DNA of 63,356 nt, counting the filler, from Phoronis australis (lineage: Eukaryota > Animalia > Phoronida): NCBI GenBank assembly GCA_002633005.1. It is 7 parts of 7 records of this genome, joined end to end, with 100 filler letters (N's around TTAATTAATTAA, not from the genome) between each part and the next. Parts side by side here need not be neighbours in the genome. Positions count along the whole stretch, not along the records: positions 1 to 18,168 come from NMRA01000747.1; positions 18,269 to 44,247 come from NMRA01000145.1; 5 more parts are not named here. The stretch is one strand, 5' to 3'. Both the position numbers and the translations under genes were made by a program. This document shows, one piece after another, positions 13,700-25,749 of this stretch (the first letter of the stretch is position 1; every line of letters begins with the position of its first letter). The notes below the pieces were generated by a model that was not told the DNA's origin, did no database searches, and saw nothing but the letters and a program-made list of their open reading frames with translations.

Positions 13700-14320
13700 A
13701 TTGCTGCGCATTTCCTGATATTTTCATGTTTAGGGGGCCCGCCCTTGAAGGAGACCATTGATGACATTCAATTGGCCACCCCTTTTGTGTTTTTATGGAC
13801 AAATTCTTAAGGGGCCGCTTACGGAGAGAGGGCCCAATGTTGGAATCGATTATTTCTGTTTTCCTGTTTTTGTGAAATCGTGTAACCCGCTTTCATGTTG
13901 AAGGAAACCACTCCCTGCATCGTTTTGGGACCACATGACGGTGAGGGCCCTGAAACTCTTTTTTCCAAGCTTAATGATGTTTAGCCTTTCGTCTTAAGGT
14001 GTCCCATTTCAGACGGTACCTGATCTCTCGGTGGAGCAGTTCGGGGGAAATGTCGACCTTTGTCCCTCTATACAAGTAAATGCGACGCGATGGAAGTTGA
14101 GATTCCAAATTCAAGAAAAACACCAAACATTCGTGCACAGCGCAGGCATTCGACACAAACAACAAAAAATGCGAAAAAATACAGTAGGATGGCCGCCATC
14201 GAAAGGGTGGAATTTTGAAAAACATGGAGGCCACTTTTTGGGAATTACACAAAAGGACTATTTCCGATGGTTAGCTATAAAATAACGTTACTGTTTCCCG
14301 TAGTATCACAAGAATAGTTT
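13700..14320 (-). repeat. Diverged inverted copy of the repeat at ~8770-9400
   Basis: TTTCCCGTAGTATCACAAGAATAG (~14295) approximates the reverse complement of CTATTCTTATGATACTGTGGGAAA (~8779); further colinear blocks such as GTAAATGCG/CGCATTTAC. Confidence 0.55.
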
Positions 14321-15564
14321 CTCTTTTGAAGATGGTTACTATGAATTGTTTGTGAGGAATTCCCACATGTGTAAAACACTGCTGTCTGAGCTACTCTTTG
14401 TGATGACCTTGGGGGTACTCAAAGAACTCTCGCTATCGTAAACAAAGATTTCAGCGTTTTTTTGTCAATGGAGTTCAAGTTTACCTCGTGAACCGTTATA
14501 GGTGCCTCTGAACTGATCAAAAATACAGTTTTATGCGAATGCCCCATCTCCCATATTCCCCAGGTTACCCCTTAAAAGTCTGCAAGTATGCATGCGGAAA
14601 TAGCTTATAACATTCCATTTCGATAACGTTGGTTTCTGATTTATTTGTTTATGTATCTACAAAAATCGATAGATCCATAGATGATTTTTGACAATAAGAA
14701 ACTAATCTTGTAAGAACTGATGATATTACAGTGAATTTAATTGCAGTCTGTAGTTGGAAAGAACTCTATAATCCGATCCCAAATCGTAAAATGGACTTAT
14801 AGACGATTTTTGCATATCTAAAATAACTCTAAAAGACCTTGATGAAATTCAGACCCACAAACCATAGATAGAAAAAACGTTTTAAAAATCCTTAAATAAA
14901 TAAAATCAAACTCATTGCTTGGAAAAGTTGTCTTTGCACTTCCTTGGTGTTTTTGTGGCTATTGATGTTTGTTCTACAAAACTGAATTGATTGCTTGTCC
15001 TTATTTGCGTGCACGTCATGACTGACGTACCCACGTTAAAAATAAGATGTAACCATACAGTTGGCCCGCACAGAATCTCAGTGATCCACGGGAACTGAAT
15101 TTGAACTCCAGGCGTTCAGGAAGTGTGTACATTTTGGGACACACTATCCTTTCCCCAGCCACCAGAAACTGAAACTATACCGGTCGTGTTTCAGCTAGGC
15201 ATTTTGAAACAGCCCCAAAGCCACTACACCAGAGACTTCGGGACCTCATCTTTTCAAAAAAATCTTTCAAAGAATGACTATAATGAAATCAAGTTTTCCC
15301 GAAACTGGATCACAATAAAACGACCTTAGACCGAACGCCGACGGCCGGTACGAGTTGCCTGTCTCAAGTGAATCACAGCCGAGCTGACCAGCAAATAGCT
15401 TTAGTTCATCGGGAATTTCGTTTTTTCCCATTGTTAGATCTCAGCTATAGCTACTTGAGGCAGCTCCTCGCTACCGGTCCGTGCACTGGTCCTAGGCCCA
15501 TTCTTACTCTCCATGCTGGTTCACGGTTACTCAACTCTTGATGGCTTCATCTCCGGGATTGTCC

Positions 15565-15716
15565 CGGGGGCGGATCCAGGGTTTTGAGTTGGGGGGCAGG
15601 GCAGAGTATTAGCCAGGGTTTTACCCGTCAGAAATTCGCACCCCCGAAAAGCCAAATGGAATCTGGGAGAATTTCACGAGGCCATGGCCCCTTGGCTACC
15701 CTTAAATCCCCCACTG
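15565..15716 (+). mobile_element. GC-rich MITE (same family as 16774-16931, ~32621 and ~36933)
   Basis: Termini CGGGGGCGGAT..AATCCCCCACTG; flanks TGTCC/TGCCC (imperfect 5-bp TSD); internal CCAAATGGAATCTGGGAGAAT shared with 16774 and ~32621. Confidence 0.75.
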
Positions 15717-16773
15717 TGCCCTCCACCTATTGGGGACGTGGGAGATTCGGTACAAATATGGTGGTGTCAGGAGCAAGGGTACGAGGGGTGGGGGGGGGGG
15801 TGGGTGAGGTATTAGCGATAGGGAGGGGTGTTGTTTGGCGAAGTCGAAATGGTTTGTGCCCCCTAGTAATTTTTACCTTCCTGCGGGCCTGCAACCAGAC
15901 GTCGATCACGATAGGAAGACAAATGCATTGCAAGCGGTCTTGAAGTGGGAGTTGGGGGAGGCAAACACAAGAGAAAATAGGCGCGTAATGCCAAGAAGCA
16001 ATATGCTGGCGGCGTTTTTAGTCGCCTGTGGGTGTGTTATTGGGGCCCTTCGTTTAATCTTTATCCGTCTAAGGTGTGACACCCATAGGTTTGATATTGA
16101 AATATTAATCTAAAATTTCCTTGCTCGGCGAAAATATATTACTGCGTACTCTTTGAAGACTAATTACACAAACACGATGTTACACAAGTTGATGTTTTAT
16201 ACCGGATCCCATCAGCAAAGTTTTGGCGTCCAAGTTGCCTGGAATAGAGCAAAACGACTGTTCATCATCGTCATCAAGTCAACGCCACGCCACGTTCACA
16301 ACAACCTGAAGAAATTGTCCAGGACTGACGTATGGTCACGCGCGCCGGAATATTCGACAACAATATTGCCGTCAGTGTAGCAGTGCATCAATACCCAAAG
16401 CTATCGTATCAAGACTTCATCCCGCTACACCGTCTTAATATTCGTTCGTTACCATAGCAACAGAGACCAAAAATGAGAAACAACGTGAAAAATCGTAATT
16501 TCGCAGTCAGATATCCTAAAAACAAATTAATTACTGTCTTTTAAAGTTTCAAACAATTACCTTTATTTTTACTGCAGACTCTCACCTTAAGTACTGTGCG
16601 TAAGCGCTACGTTAAGATGTAAAAATATGGTTAGCTGCGCCTACGCCCCATTGTAACGTAACTTAGGCTACGGCGCACAGGCGCTACATTTAAATGCCAA
16701 AAGGTGTTTGGCTGTCACTACGTCCGCCTACAACCCACTACACTGGTTAAGAATTCAACATTTAGCGCTTAAA

Positions 16774-16931
16774 CAGTAGCGGATTTAGAGGGTGGCCAAG
16801 GGGCTATGCCCCCCCCCCTAAAATTCTCCCAGATTCCATTTGGCAGTTCAGGGGTGCGAATGTCTGATGGGCAAAATCCTGGCTCACGCCCTGTCCCCTC
16901 CCCGTAACTCAAAATCCTGGATCCGCCCCTG
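16774..16931 (-). mobile_element. GC-rich MITE, inverted relative to 15565-15716
   Basis: TIRs CAGTAGCGGAT / ATCCGCCCCTG; flanks TTAAA/TTTAA. Confidence 0.8.
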
Positions 16932-17992
16932 TTTAAATGGGAGTGTAATCATGTGACGTTTTAACATGCAATATTTCTTGACAGCGTGTTTTGCTGAAAT
17001 ATCTCAGAGCTAAGTTGGCAATTTATTAACTTGTGCAAACGTGCGCTGAGACCATCACGAAGATTAAGAAAAGAACAGTTTCAAGAAATGAATATTTTTA
17101 ATTAACTCTATATTGGCGTTATTAGGACCGACAACGCCGTAACCATAGCCATGGAAGATTATTAAGAAGCTCATCTGCTGCTGACACATTCAATCAGGAA
17201 ATGTCGCTTCTCGGCCCATTATTAAGAACTTATTCAGATTTTTGAAGGACAAGTATCATCACTCCGTATTAATACGCATGTGCTACATTCCTAAATTAAC
17301 CAAGCAATGATTCTAAGAACTCGATTTGTTAAATCAGTTGCGGGTTATTTTTTATTTGATTCAACCTGAAAAAAATCACGCGACCTACAGGCTACGTACA
17401 AACGACCCTATTACTGCAGAAGTTATGCAGTATTACCCTGAACGCGCGGTGCATATTGTCCACTTGGTGATAGGCATCACGTATGGGTACTTTCAGTTAC
17501 ATTGCTTATGATTATGTCTCCAATATGCATATAGTTGACGCTGTTGTATTATAAAAGACACTATTCTCCCTGCTCTGTCTTAAGTACGGGAATTTAATTT
17601 CTTCAACCTTGTCAGTGAATTCCAATTCGCATCAGATTTACCCATTTCTCATCTGCTGTTAGTGTGATTAATGGTGCATGGTTATTGAACGTAGGAGGCT
17701 AGACGTGGGGATTCGTTCCAGTTACACTTTTTAAGGGAGCTATCGATTTAAGAAAAAAGTACGATTGACAGAAAACATCAAAAGCGACTTTGAACAAATT
17801 TGTGTAAAGTATTTAAGTGAGAAAATTTTCCAAATGCAAGGTTATGACGGCCTGGTATGTATGTATGTATGTATGTTTGTATGTATGTATGTATATGACC
17901 AAGTTAGTAGCTTTTATTTATATCATGCTTTGTTGATCATGAAAATGAGTCAGTGTTTAAGACATTGAAGTTTGAGCGGCGTCCTGCACTTC

Positions 17993-18168
17993 CATAGGCG
18001 GATTTAGGGGGGGGGCCCAGGGGGCCCGGCCCCCCCCGTTGGCTGCCGCCAAAAAATAAAACAGTATGAGCGTAGGGAAATGGTGAGTTTATTAATTAAC
18101 CCCGGTAATTAAAATTATACGGATGAAAACAGATTTAAATGTGGGCAGTTTTAGTGTTAGGGGGGGGG
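17993..18168 (+). mobile_element. Left end of a MITE (family of 56823-57744), truncated by the gap
   Basis: CATAGGCGGATTTAGGGGGG... and AACCCCGGTAATTAAAATTATACGGATGAAA shared with 56823-56960. Confidence 0.75.
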
Positions 18169-18268
18169 NNNNNNNNNNNNNNNNNNNNNNNNNNNNNNNN
18201 NNNNNNNNNNNNTTAATTAATTAANNNNNNNNNNNNNNNNNNNNNNNNNNNNNNNNNNNNNNNNNNNN
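18169..18268. other. Artificial scaffold linker 44N-TTAATTAATTAA-44N (also 44248-44347, 47043-47142, 49464-49563, 52163-52262, 56064-56163)
   Basis: Six identical 100-nt structures; the 12-mer gives stop codons in all six frames. Confidence 0.97.
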
Positions 18269-18828
18269 AATTTACAATAGTAAAACATGTAATGTGAGTG
18301 TAATATTGTTCAATACAATGGCACTGATGGGACCATATTACTTGTTTTACAAAAAAGTCACCAAAACTGTTGTTTTTACAAATATAAGTTTACTAAGCTC
18401 TTTGGTGATTATTAGGTAACTTCAAACTCAAATTTCTCAAAAATGTGCAACTTTATATGTGGGAACTTTTTAGATTTTGAAAACACTCTAATAAATGAAC
18501 TAAAAAACACCAAAATAAAATTGCCCCCCTAAAGTACTCACAAAAACCATTTTCTAGAGGCCCTACAAAATCTGGCCCACCGACTAATTATCTACCTTAA
18601 TCAGACGGGAAGCAAAAAAGCATAAGTCACGAAATTTTAAATTAACTGTTGCTTCGGCCGCAAGCAGTGCAAAAAGCACCATTGCCTTTTTTACCGACTG
18701 GAGCCGTCACATCTTGCCATATTTGTTTATTTAACACACACCCACTAGACATCTCTACGGTCCATGAAACAGCAATGTCCGCCAATGGCCGTCCAATGGG
18801 ATTTCGCTAGGTGATTTGTCTCCCTCTC

Positions 18829-18980
18829 CACAGGCGTCCTCAGCTTCTGATCGTCCCCAATACACTCACTATACATGTACATGTACGTGTACGTACGTAC
18901 GTGTGTGTGTGTGTGTGTGTGTGCGTGTGCGTGTACATGTATAGTGTATTGGGGACGATCAGAAGCTGAGGACGCCTGTG
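18829..18980. mobile_element. Hairpin MITE with perfect 38-bp TIRs and a (GTAC)/(GT) microsatellite loop, CMC/EnSpm-like
   Basis: CACAGGCGTCCTCAGCTTCTGATCGTCCCCAATACACT and its exact reverse complement; CAC...GTG termini; TC on both flanks (possible 2-bp TSD). Confidence 0.8.
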
Positions 18981-19590
18981 TCGCTCACTACGGTCTCTGG
19001 TCATAGCGATAACTTCGATATCGCTGTTAAGTGGGACAGGAAAGCAATGTTTTCGCATTGCTTCATTAGACCTAAGTTCCCTTAATAAGAAAGCGTCGTT
19101 ATTTTTTTTGATTAAATAATAATAACATAAATTTAAGGAATACTTCCCAATTTTGATTATTCTTTCATCTTGACTAATTTCATAATGCCATGTTAATCTA
19201 ATCACAAACTTTCAACGTTTTACCTGAAAAATTCAAAAGGAAACACAGAAATCGGCCAATTGTGTACACATTGCAATCAACTGGTGGTCAATCTGTGCAT
19301 AATCAGAGCCCTCAGCTTAAAACACTATATCACACTGATGGAGCATGCTCAGTATTGCATTTTCATTTTTCAAGAGTTTTCCAGGAGTTGCTTTTTTCAT
19401 GAAAATTTTCACTCCATCAATAATTTTCCCATAGAAAGTATCCACTGAAAATTTTCCATGTGAAAATTTCCACGCGTTTTTATCCGCGTTGATTTTTCAT
19501 GGGAAGTATTTTTGTCATTATCTAAGGTTTCATTTTTTTCAAGTAGACTGGAAGGTTGAATAGCCTCATCCCCATGGCCTCGGTCATCAC

Positions 19591-19776
19591 CTGTTTAATA
19601 AAGTCCAGGGGAAGGACCTTCCCGCCACACTTGTTGTGGGTGTTCTCCAAACAAACCACCCTAGTACGCGTCTGATGGAGGCCTGCATTAGACGTTTGTA
19701 TTGCCTCCTTCAGCTCGTCTATGCTAAACGTGCCGTCCTGCTTGTTTGGAATAGTGCGAGGGTTAACGCCACCTAC
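19591..19776 (-). CDS. THA1: Low-specificity L-threonine aldolase, coding exon 4 (VGGVNPRT...HQTRTRVVCLENTHNKCGGKVLPLDFIKQ)
   Basis: LENTHN.xGG motif; CAG acceptor and GTGATG donor, phase 0/0. Confidence 0.93.
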
Positions 19777-21088
19777 CTGCACAGACAACAATTCTCTTAT
19801 AAAGGTTACGCAGGAAATGGCTGAAATTTAATTTGGTTTACTTCGGAACATCTCAGAAATGTCGGACTGGATTCATATGAAACTCTTAGATAGGCTTGCA
19901 GTGCATAAGGCGCTGTTCTCCATAAAGATGGCAGAAATTGTTTTTGAAACGTTCCACTTCTGCATGACAGATTATCACAAAATAGGAGTGTTATGATTTT
20001 TGTGGAAAAACTCAAAAGTTGTACGAGATGAAAGTGAAATGATAATTTAGAAAACTTTTACAGCGTTTTTGGAACTCAGTTCATCTTGACCATTTCAAAT
20101 TGCATCAAGTAAAGTTTGGTTTGATGCTTATTAATATATCTTTCTTTCTGCTAAATTTTATCAATAGACATGCTCACATGACCAAATTAACAGCAAATTC
20201 GTAAAAAGCCAAAAATTAAATTCTGCAGGCATTCTGCACGTTTGTGAAAACGATGATTTGTAAAATTTTATACACTTGGCCAAAAAAATTAGATTTATTA
20301 ATATGACAAGTTAGTATTTCTAATTATTAGTATTTCTAATTATATACACGATGCGATAGATAATAGCAATAACATTTACAAGTAGTACAGTGCACTTTAA
20401 AATGGTAAAGTGGTAAATCATGTGTACAACTGAGATAAAACTGGCAGCAAAACCAAGAGAGTGCGCATCATATCTGGAGGATAGACTGCAAAAATTACAG
20501 GTGTCCAAAAATCATGTCGACACTCAGTAATAGAGAAATATAAACGTAAGATGTACAAAGAAATGCATAAGTTAGAAACCATGAAAAATTGTTCGAAACG
20601 CATTCCAATAGGTCAAGCAGACACAACGGCAGTGAAGCCGGCGCTCATCAAAGTGGCTGTCAACACTAAGGCAAGAGAGACTAGCTGCGACGTTATTTAC
20701 CTGTATTCATTATATTGTAACTGTACTAGTCATTAGAAATGACCTTATATCGCCTACCTCCGTCTCCTTTTCATCTCTGGTAACGAGCTTGCGACGCGCG
20801 TATCATTTATCTACTATTCGGGACATATGTCGATCATAAAAGACCATTCTTGGCGGAAATGGAATTTTGCAGAAATTAGCAGATGTGTGAAATGGAACCC
20901 ACTAACTCCGCAGCAGCAGTGGAAAGCTCTACCGCTGAGCCAAATCCCACGTGATCAACAGCAGAATATTTATGAATATTTATAAGGAAAAGACACCAGT
21001 CTTGATTTCAGTGAATGGCTGGAAGACAACGGCAGGAATTGGCGATTTGTAATAAAACCACATGTACACAACAAATTTGTTATTTTGA

Positions 21089-21449
21089 GGTTCTCTGGTC
21101 AAACTCAAAAACTTCAATAAGTCTATTCCACTAAACAGTAATCCCCCAATTGCATTTTCGGTTGCAAAAATGTCCCTTTAAAGTGATGGTGATGTTACAT
21201 GTAATATTTATTATCAAATTTTTATGAAAGTGAAAAACTTACCTGTATGGAGTCTACCATTGAAATGACAAAAAATTGACTATTTTGTGTTGTGGTTCTC
21301 TGGTCAAAGCCAAAACTTCAATAAGTCTATTCCACTGAACAGTAATCCCCCAATTGCATTTTTCGGTTACAAAATGTCCCTTTAAAGCAATAGTGATGGA
21401 ACATATAATTTTTATTACCAAATTTTTATGAAACGGAAAAAATTACTCG
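21089..21449. repeat. Tandem duplication, period ~205 bp
   Basis: GGTTCTCTGGTCAAA...CTTCAATAAGTCTATTCCACTRAACAGTAATCCCCCAATTGCATTTT occurs at ~21089 and ~21294. Confidence 0.85.
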
Positions 21450-22358
21450 TGTGAAACAACAATAAAATATGACTATTTTTGATGGCGTTGGCATGTCTCC
21501 TCATTAATGAGAGCAAAGTTTGGCGTTTTTCACACCAGATAGTCAGGCAATTCTTGAGGTATTAAATACAAAGATACCATAATTGTCACTTTTTCAAAGG
21601 CAAGCTACCTTCCTACTGATACTGAAAATTTCAAGTGTTAATTAATGACAGATGTGTAGTGTAAACTGTCAACAACTAGAAAAAATCTTAATTATTTTTG
21701 CTGTAAATTTGACAAAACAAATGTCACTATCTACAATTCTGTGCACTAAATACATGAAAAATTACGACTTAATAAAAAGTACAGTAACCCACAAATTGAA
21801 CTGAATCCTATCCGACTATTGCTTTGAGATAGAAACCTGGAAATACTCCAATTAAATAAAAGGTGTAACAGGACGTTGAACTGTGATGGTTGTCTTTTAA
21901 CGAACAGCTTCCCTGCAATACGTGACTTTTTTCAATTATCTTGTCCGAATTTGGTGAGATTTTACAGAATTCAAATTTTATTAAACAAAAGGGCATTTTG
22001 TCAGATAGAAAATGCCTGCAGACTCATGAGAAAATTCTAGGAAACTGGGACATTTAAATAGAAGCTTCCAATAAATGGATCCTCTATAATCATGACTGCC
22101 CTCTAAAAGGGCAGAGAAATACACAACAACTTCCCAACCGCCAAAAATTGCACTTATAACCACAAAGTTAAGATGCTGTCAATACCAAATGCGAGTTGGA
22201 TGTCAGTGGCCTTCTTCTCCTGCAGAAAACGAATTTATGTGAAAATAGAGTGTACACTAAGTACAATGCTTTAGAATCAAACTGATGGACAAAGACTTTG
22301 TGTTACAAACAGCATAGACTTTGAGACAATGACTGAGAAGAACATAGAAAAGACTTAC

Positions 22359-22447
22359 CTGAGCTATCCCCCCTTGCTCGTACAGCACAATGTGTGACTT
22401 GTGACCTAATACAACTTCCAGTCCTCGACTATTACAGTGACTCATAA
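22359..22447 (-). CDS. THA1: Threonine aldolase, coding exon 3 (IMSHCNSRGLEVVLGHKSHIVLYEQGGIAQ)
   Basis: Conserved SHI..YEQGG (PLP-stacking His); TTCAG acceptor, CAG|GTAAGT donor, phases 1/0. Confidence 0.93.
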
Positions 22448-22649
22448 CTGAAGTAAAGAAAACAGGCGTGTGTCCATAATGCTGAGTATTTACCACTGTT
22501 GTACAAGGAAAGACATGAGTGAGAACAAGGTGAGTGGGTCAGAGCAGGCTCCATTTCAGGAAATGTATGTCATTTAAGACTTAAGCAAAAAATCTGGTCT
22601 TATGCTCCACATAACAATTTGTGAAAATAATTCCCTTGCGAAAAAGAAA

Positions 22650-22935
22650 GTGAGAATCTCACTGGATTCCAGTTAGATTCCAGTTATATTCTCACTAAAT
22701 CACCAATTATAGTTAGAAATGCCAGTAAAAACCCAGCGGGAATTGAACAACAGGGGCAGCCAGTGAGAAAATAGTGAGAAAATGTTATGTAACAGTGAGA
22801 ATCCAGTGAGAATTTTGGTCTTAGAAAAATTCTGAGTGAGAATCAGTGAGAATTTCAGACTTAGAAAAAATCTGAGTGAGAATTGAGTGAGAATTTGGAC
22901 TTGCCAAAATTGGAGTGAGAATTCAGTGAGAATTT
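22650..22935. repeat. AGTGAGAA-based degenerate minisatellite
   Basis: About ten AGTGAGAA(T) motifs, paired within ~40-45-bp units, plus inverted CTCACT copies upstream. Confidence 0.75.
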
Positions 22936-23768
22936 AAGATAAACAAACATCCTGATTGGCTGTAACTGTGGAAATTTCAGTTGAACCAGGTTTCTGAATT
23001 CAAACTAAAATGGCGCCAGGAATGAGCAGTTGGAGAAATAGCTTGAAGATTGTTGATTTCTTCTCATAAATATTGTGAAATTACTGAACAGTTTGTTTGC
23101 AAGTCAACCAGATGTGACCCTGGACTGATTTTGTGTGTTAATAAGCTTAAGGTTAGTACATTTCATACATCTAGTAGAGTGCATGAAGTACCAGTATTAG
23201 ACTGGCCGTATGCATGTAGACGCACAACCCCTCAGGATCAAATCTACGTATTGCCTTTCCTTTCCCAGTACCGTTCAATCATAATTACACTCCTTGTTGA
23301 CTCGTTATGGCGACTCTCAGTTTGAATGAAAGGATTGAGGGTACATAAGCTGCTCTGTAGGCCTACCTGGAGGGAGTTTCTTCGATTTGGGTGACAGCCC
23401 TGTAACCTTTGACCTCATTCGGATAAGTTGTAAACAAATATTTACTCGGTTGTGTGCTGACTCTAATCGCTTTTTCTCGCTACACCGCATCTATTTTGTA
23501 TTTAAAGTTCCCCAAGAATCAAAGTAAGGTATTCTGCTAGACACGAGTGAAATCATATTGTAAAATGGTCAATTTTTATGAATAAGGTTTGAGATAACCT
23601 TAACTTTGATTTTTCATTGCAAGTCTGGTTCACTAGTGGGAAGGATTATTGCCAATTAAACACAGTTGCTTATCACAGTTTTCGTTAATGAAGCTCCACT
23701 TACACTTTGCCTAAGTATACATACACGAAACATGTATTATGAACGTTAAGTGGAAACACTCTACTCAC

Positions 23769-23852
23769 TTGAGACAAGATTTCCCATAGTTCCACTGGGG
23801 AGAAAGAGCGATGCTTCTTTCCCTAACAAAGCTGCCATCTTCGACTGGAGCT
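23769..23852 (-). CDS. THA1: Threonine aldolase, coding exon 2 (ELQSKMAALLGKEASLFLPSGTMGNLVS)
   Basis: GKEA.LF.PSGTMGNL motif; TACAG acceptor, GTGAGT donor, phases 1/1. Not in the ORF track. Confidence 0.95.
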
Positions 23853-25550
23853 CTGTAACGTGGAACACACCTCATAACACTCTCATGAATTCAATTTCTC
23901 GTTTTTGCATTCTTTAACGCAAGACCACAACTCCTTTTTGTCAGTCATATCGTGATAATTTAACATCCATTTTCCAGAATACTACGGCGTCCCCTCTGTT
24001 TATGCGGTAGGCAACACGTCAGCCCATCGGTTGGCCATTTAGGGGCTATAGGCCTACTTCCATTCGCTTTCTCATAGTGTACGCATTTCGTTACATGTAT
24101 TTTAAACGGGCGGTAACCCAAATCCGGTCACCGATTTTGAGTTTTCACCTCGTCAAAAATACATTCCACACTTAAAATTATCACTTAAAAAAGCGCTTAC
24201 TTTCATCATTGGTCCTTTCTACTTATCTTCGATGAAGTTTCGTTTTGAGAATTAAGGTGACTTTGGCGAAAAATTCCAACCCCACTTTTTGGTTGCAGTT
24301 AACTTTTTCACCACGCTCGCGATAACCACAAAGTATGTAAACTGAGTCACGTGAGTTAGGCAAAGGCGAGCGCGAGACTGAGCGAAGCGCGTGACACCGC
24401 TAGAGCGTGACACTTGCAAATTAGCATGAGAAGGTATCAAGTGAAATCTGCAAGATTTGTGTCCCTTGGACTTTTTATTCGTCAACATGCGTGATTTCAC
24501 GTATTTTCTTCAAAGTGGCACCCGGTAAGAGAAACTCGAGCAAACCGCGATAGATTTTCATCGATTTGTTCAAATTATCTTGACTGAATGGTCTCCAGAC
24601 TTATGGTATGAGTTGTTTATAACTCCATGTGCATATATGCATGTTTCAGTTGATTTTATTTCCTGTATTTTGAAATGAGCAACTTTTTTGTGGGGATGTA
24701 CTATCGCCCCTATATGCCTGCGGCATCCAGGGCGATGTAATTGCCCAATTCTGCGGTTGTGAACCACAATGCCTTCTCACGTCTGCCATGTGCAATGCAT
24801 TCTTCTCTTGTCCGATTCAACCTTGAAGTGTGCTAGCGACGCCACCTTTCGAAAACTAAGTCAATCGTACAACACACTTTTTCTACCTCTACAATAGAGG
24901 GGGGATGAACACAGGATGTGAGAATTGGTGGGTTTATTTCAGCTTGCAAATTCAATTATAAAGTGCATTCACTGGGAACAGCATTTCTGTAACGGTTACA
25001 ATATTTTACAACTATATATACCAGAACTTTGCTATTTAAAAACTCTGAGGTAAACTTTTAATCATTTAGTAAATGCTATTACCATAAACTCTTAATTTGG
25101 ACAAAAATAATTGCCAGAATTGATCTTTTTTCATTTCAGTGTTTTACTTATGCATGCCCAAATTTTCCCCTTATAGTAGCTGCAATATAGAGTGTGGTAT
25201 ATTTTATGAAAAAGTTAACATGAAACGAAAATTTCACTTGCCCACAATAGTGCCGTTATATGTAAAAATTCACCAGTCAGGACAACCATTACAAACATTA
25301 TAACACAAAATTTGAAACGAAATTGTTACTACTTTCCTTTGCCAGGAAACCACTTCTAAACAAACAAGGAATAATTAATTAAAAGACTAATTTCAAATCT
25401 GAAGCTCGTCGGCATTTGTAGAAAAAATGCAAAACATTGAGAAAACTCGTGCAGGCAATTTCAATTCCAAAACATTCAAAAACAACTAAGAGCTGTGAAA
25501 ACAAAGATTCGGCAACTTAAACTAGACAAGAGGGTTCTGTGATAACCAAC

Positions 25551-25692
25551 CATTAACTGTAGGGTCTTCTCCAAACACGTCGCTACCCACTTCGGCAGAT
25601 GCCATTGCTTCCCTCATTTCTTTGCTGGGTTTTGTGACTGAGTCGGTACGGAGATCAACTTCGTGACAAATCCTTGTAAATGCCTGCTGCAT
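25551..25692 (-). CDS. THA1: Threonine aldolase, first visible coding exon ([47 protein letters not shown])
   Basis: Matches DLRSDTVT.P...MR.AM..AEVGDDV+GEDPTV; phase-1 donor GTTGGT fits exon 2. Not in the ORF track. Confidence 0.93.
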
Positions 25693-25749
25693 CTTTTAGG
25701 AACGGTGACAATGTTTATTCTAGGACAATAACAAATTCAAATGTCTCAA

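Noticed and set aside
18213-18224. TTAATTAATTAA palindrome repeated six times
   Set aside because: Always centred between 44-N runs; an artificial linker, not biological sequence.
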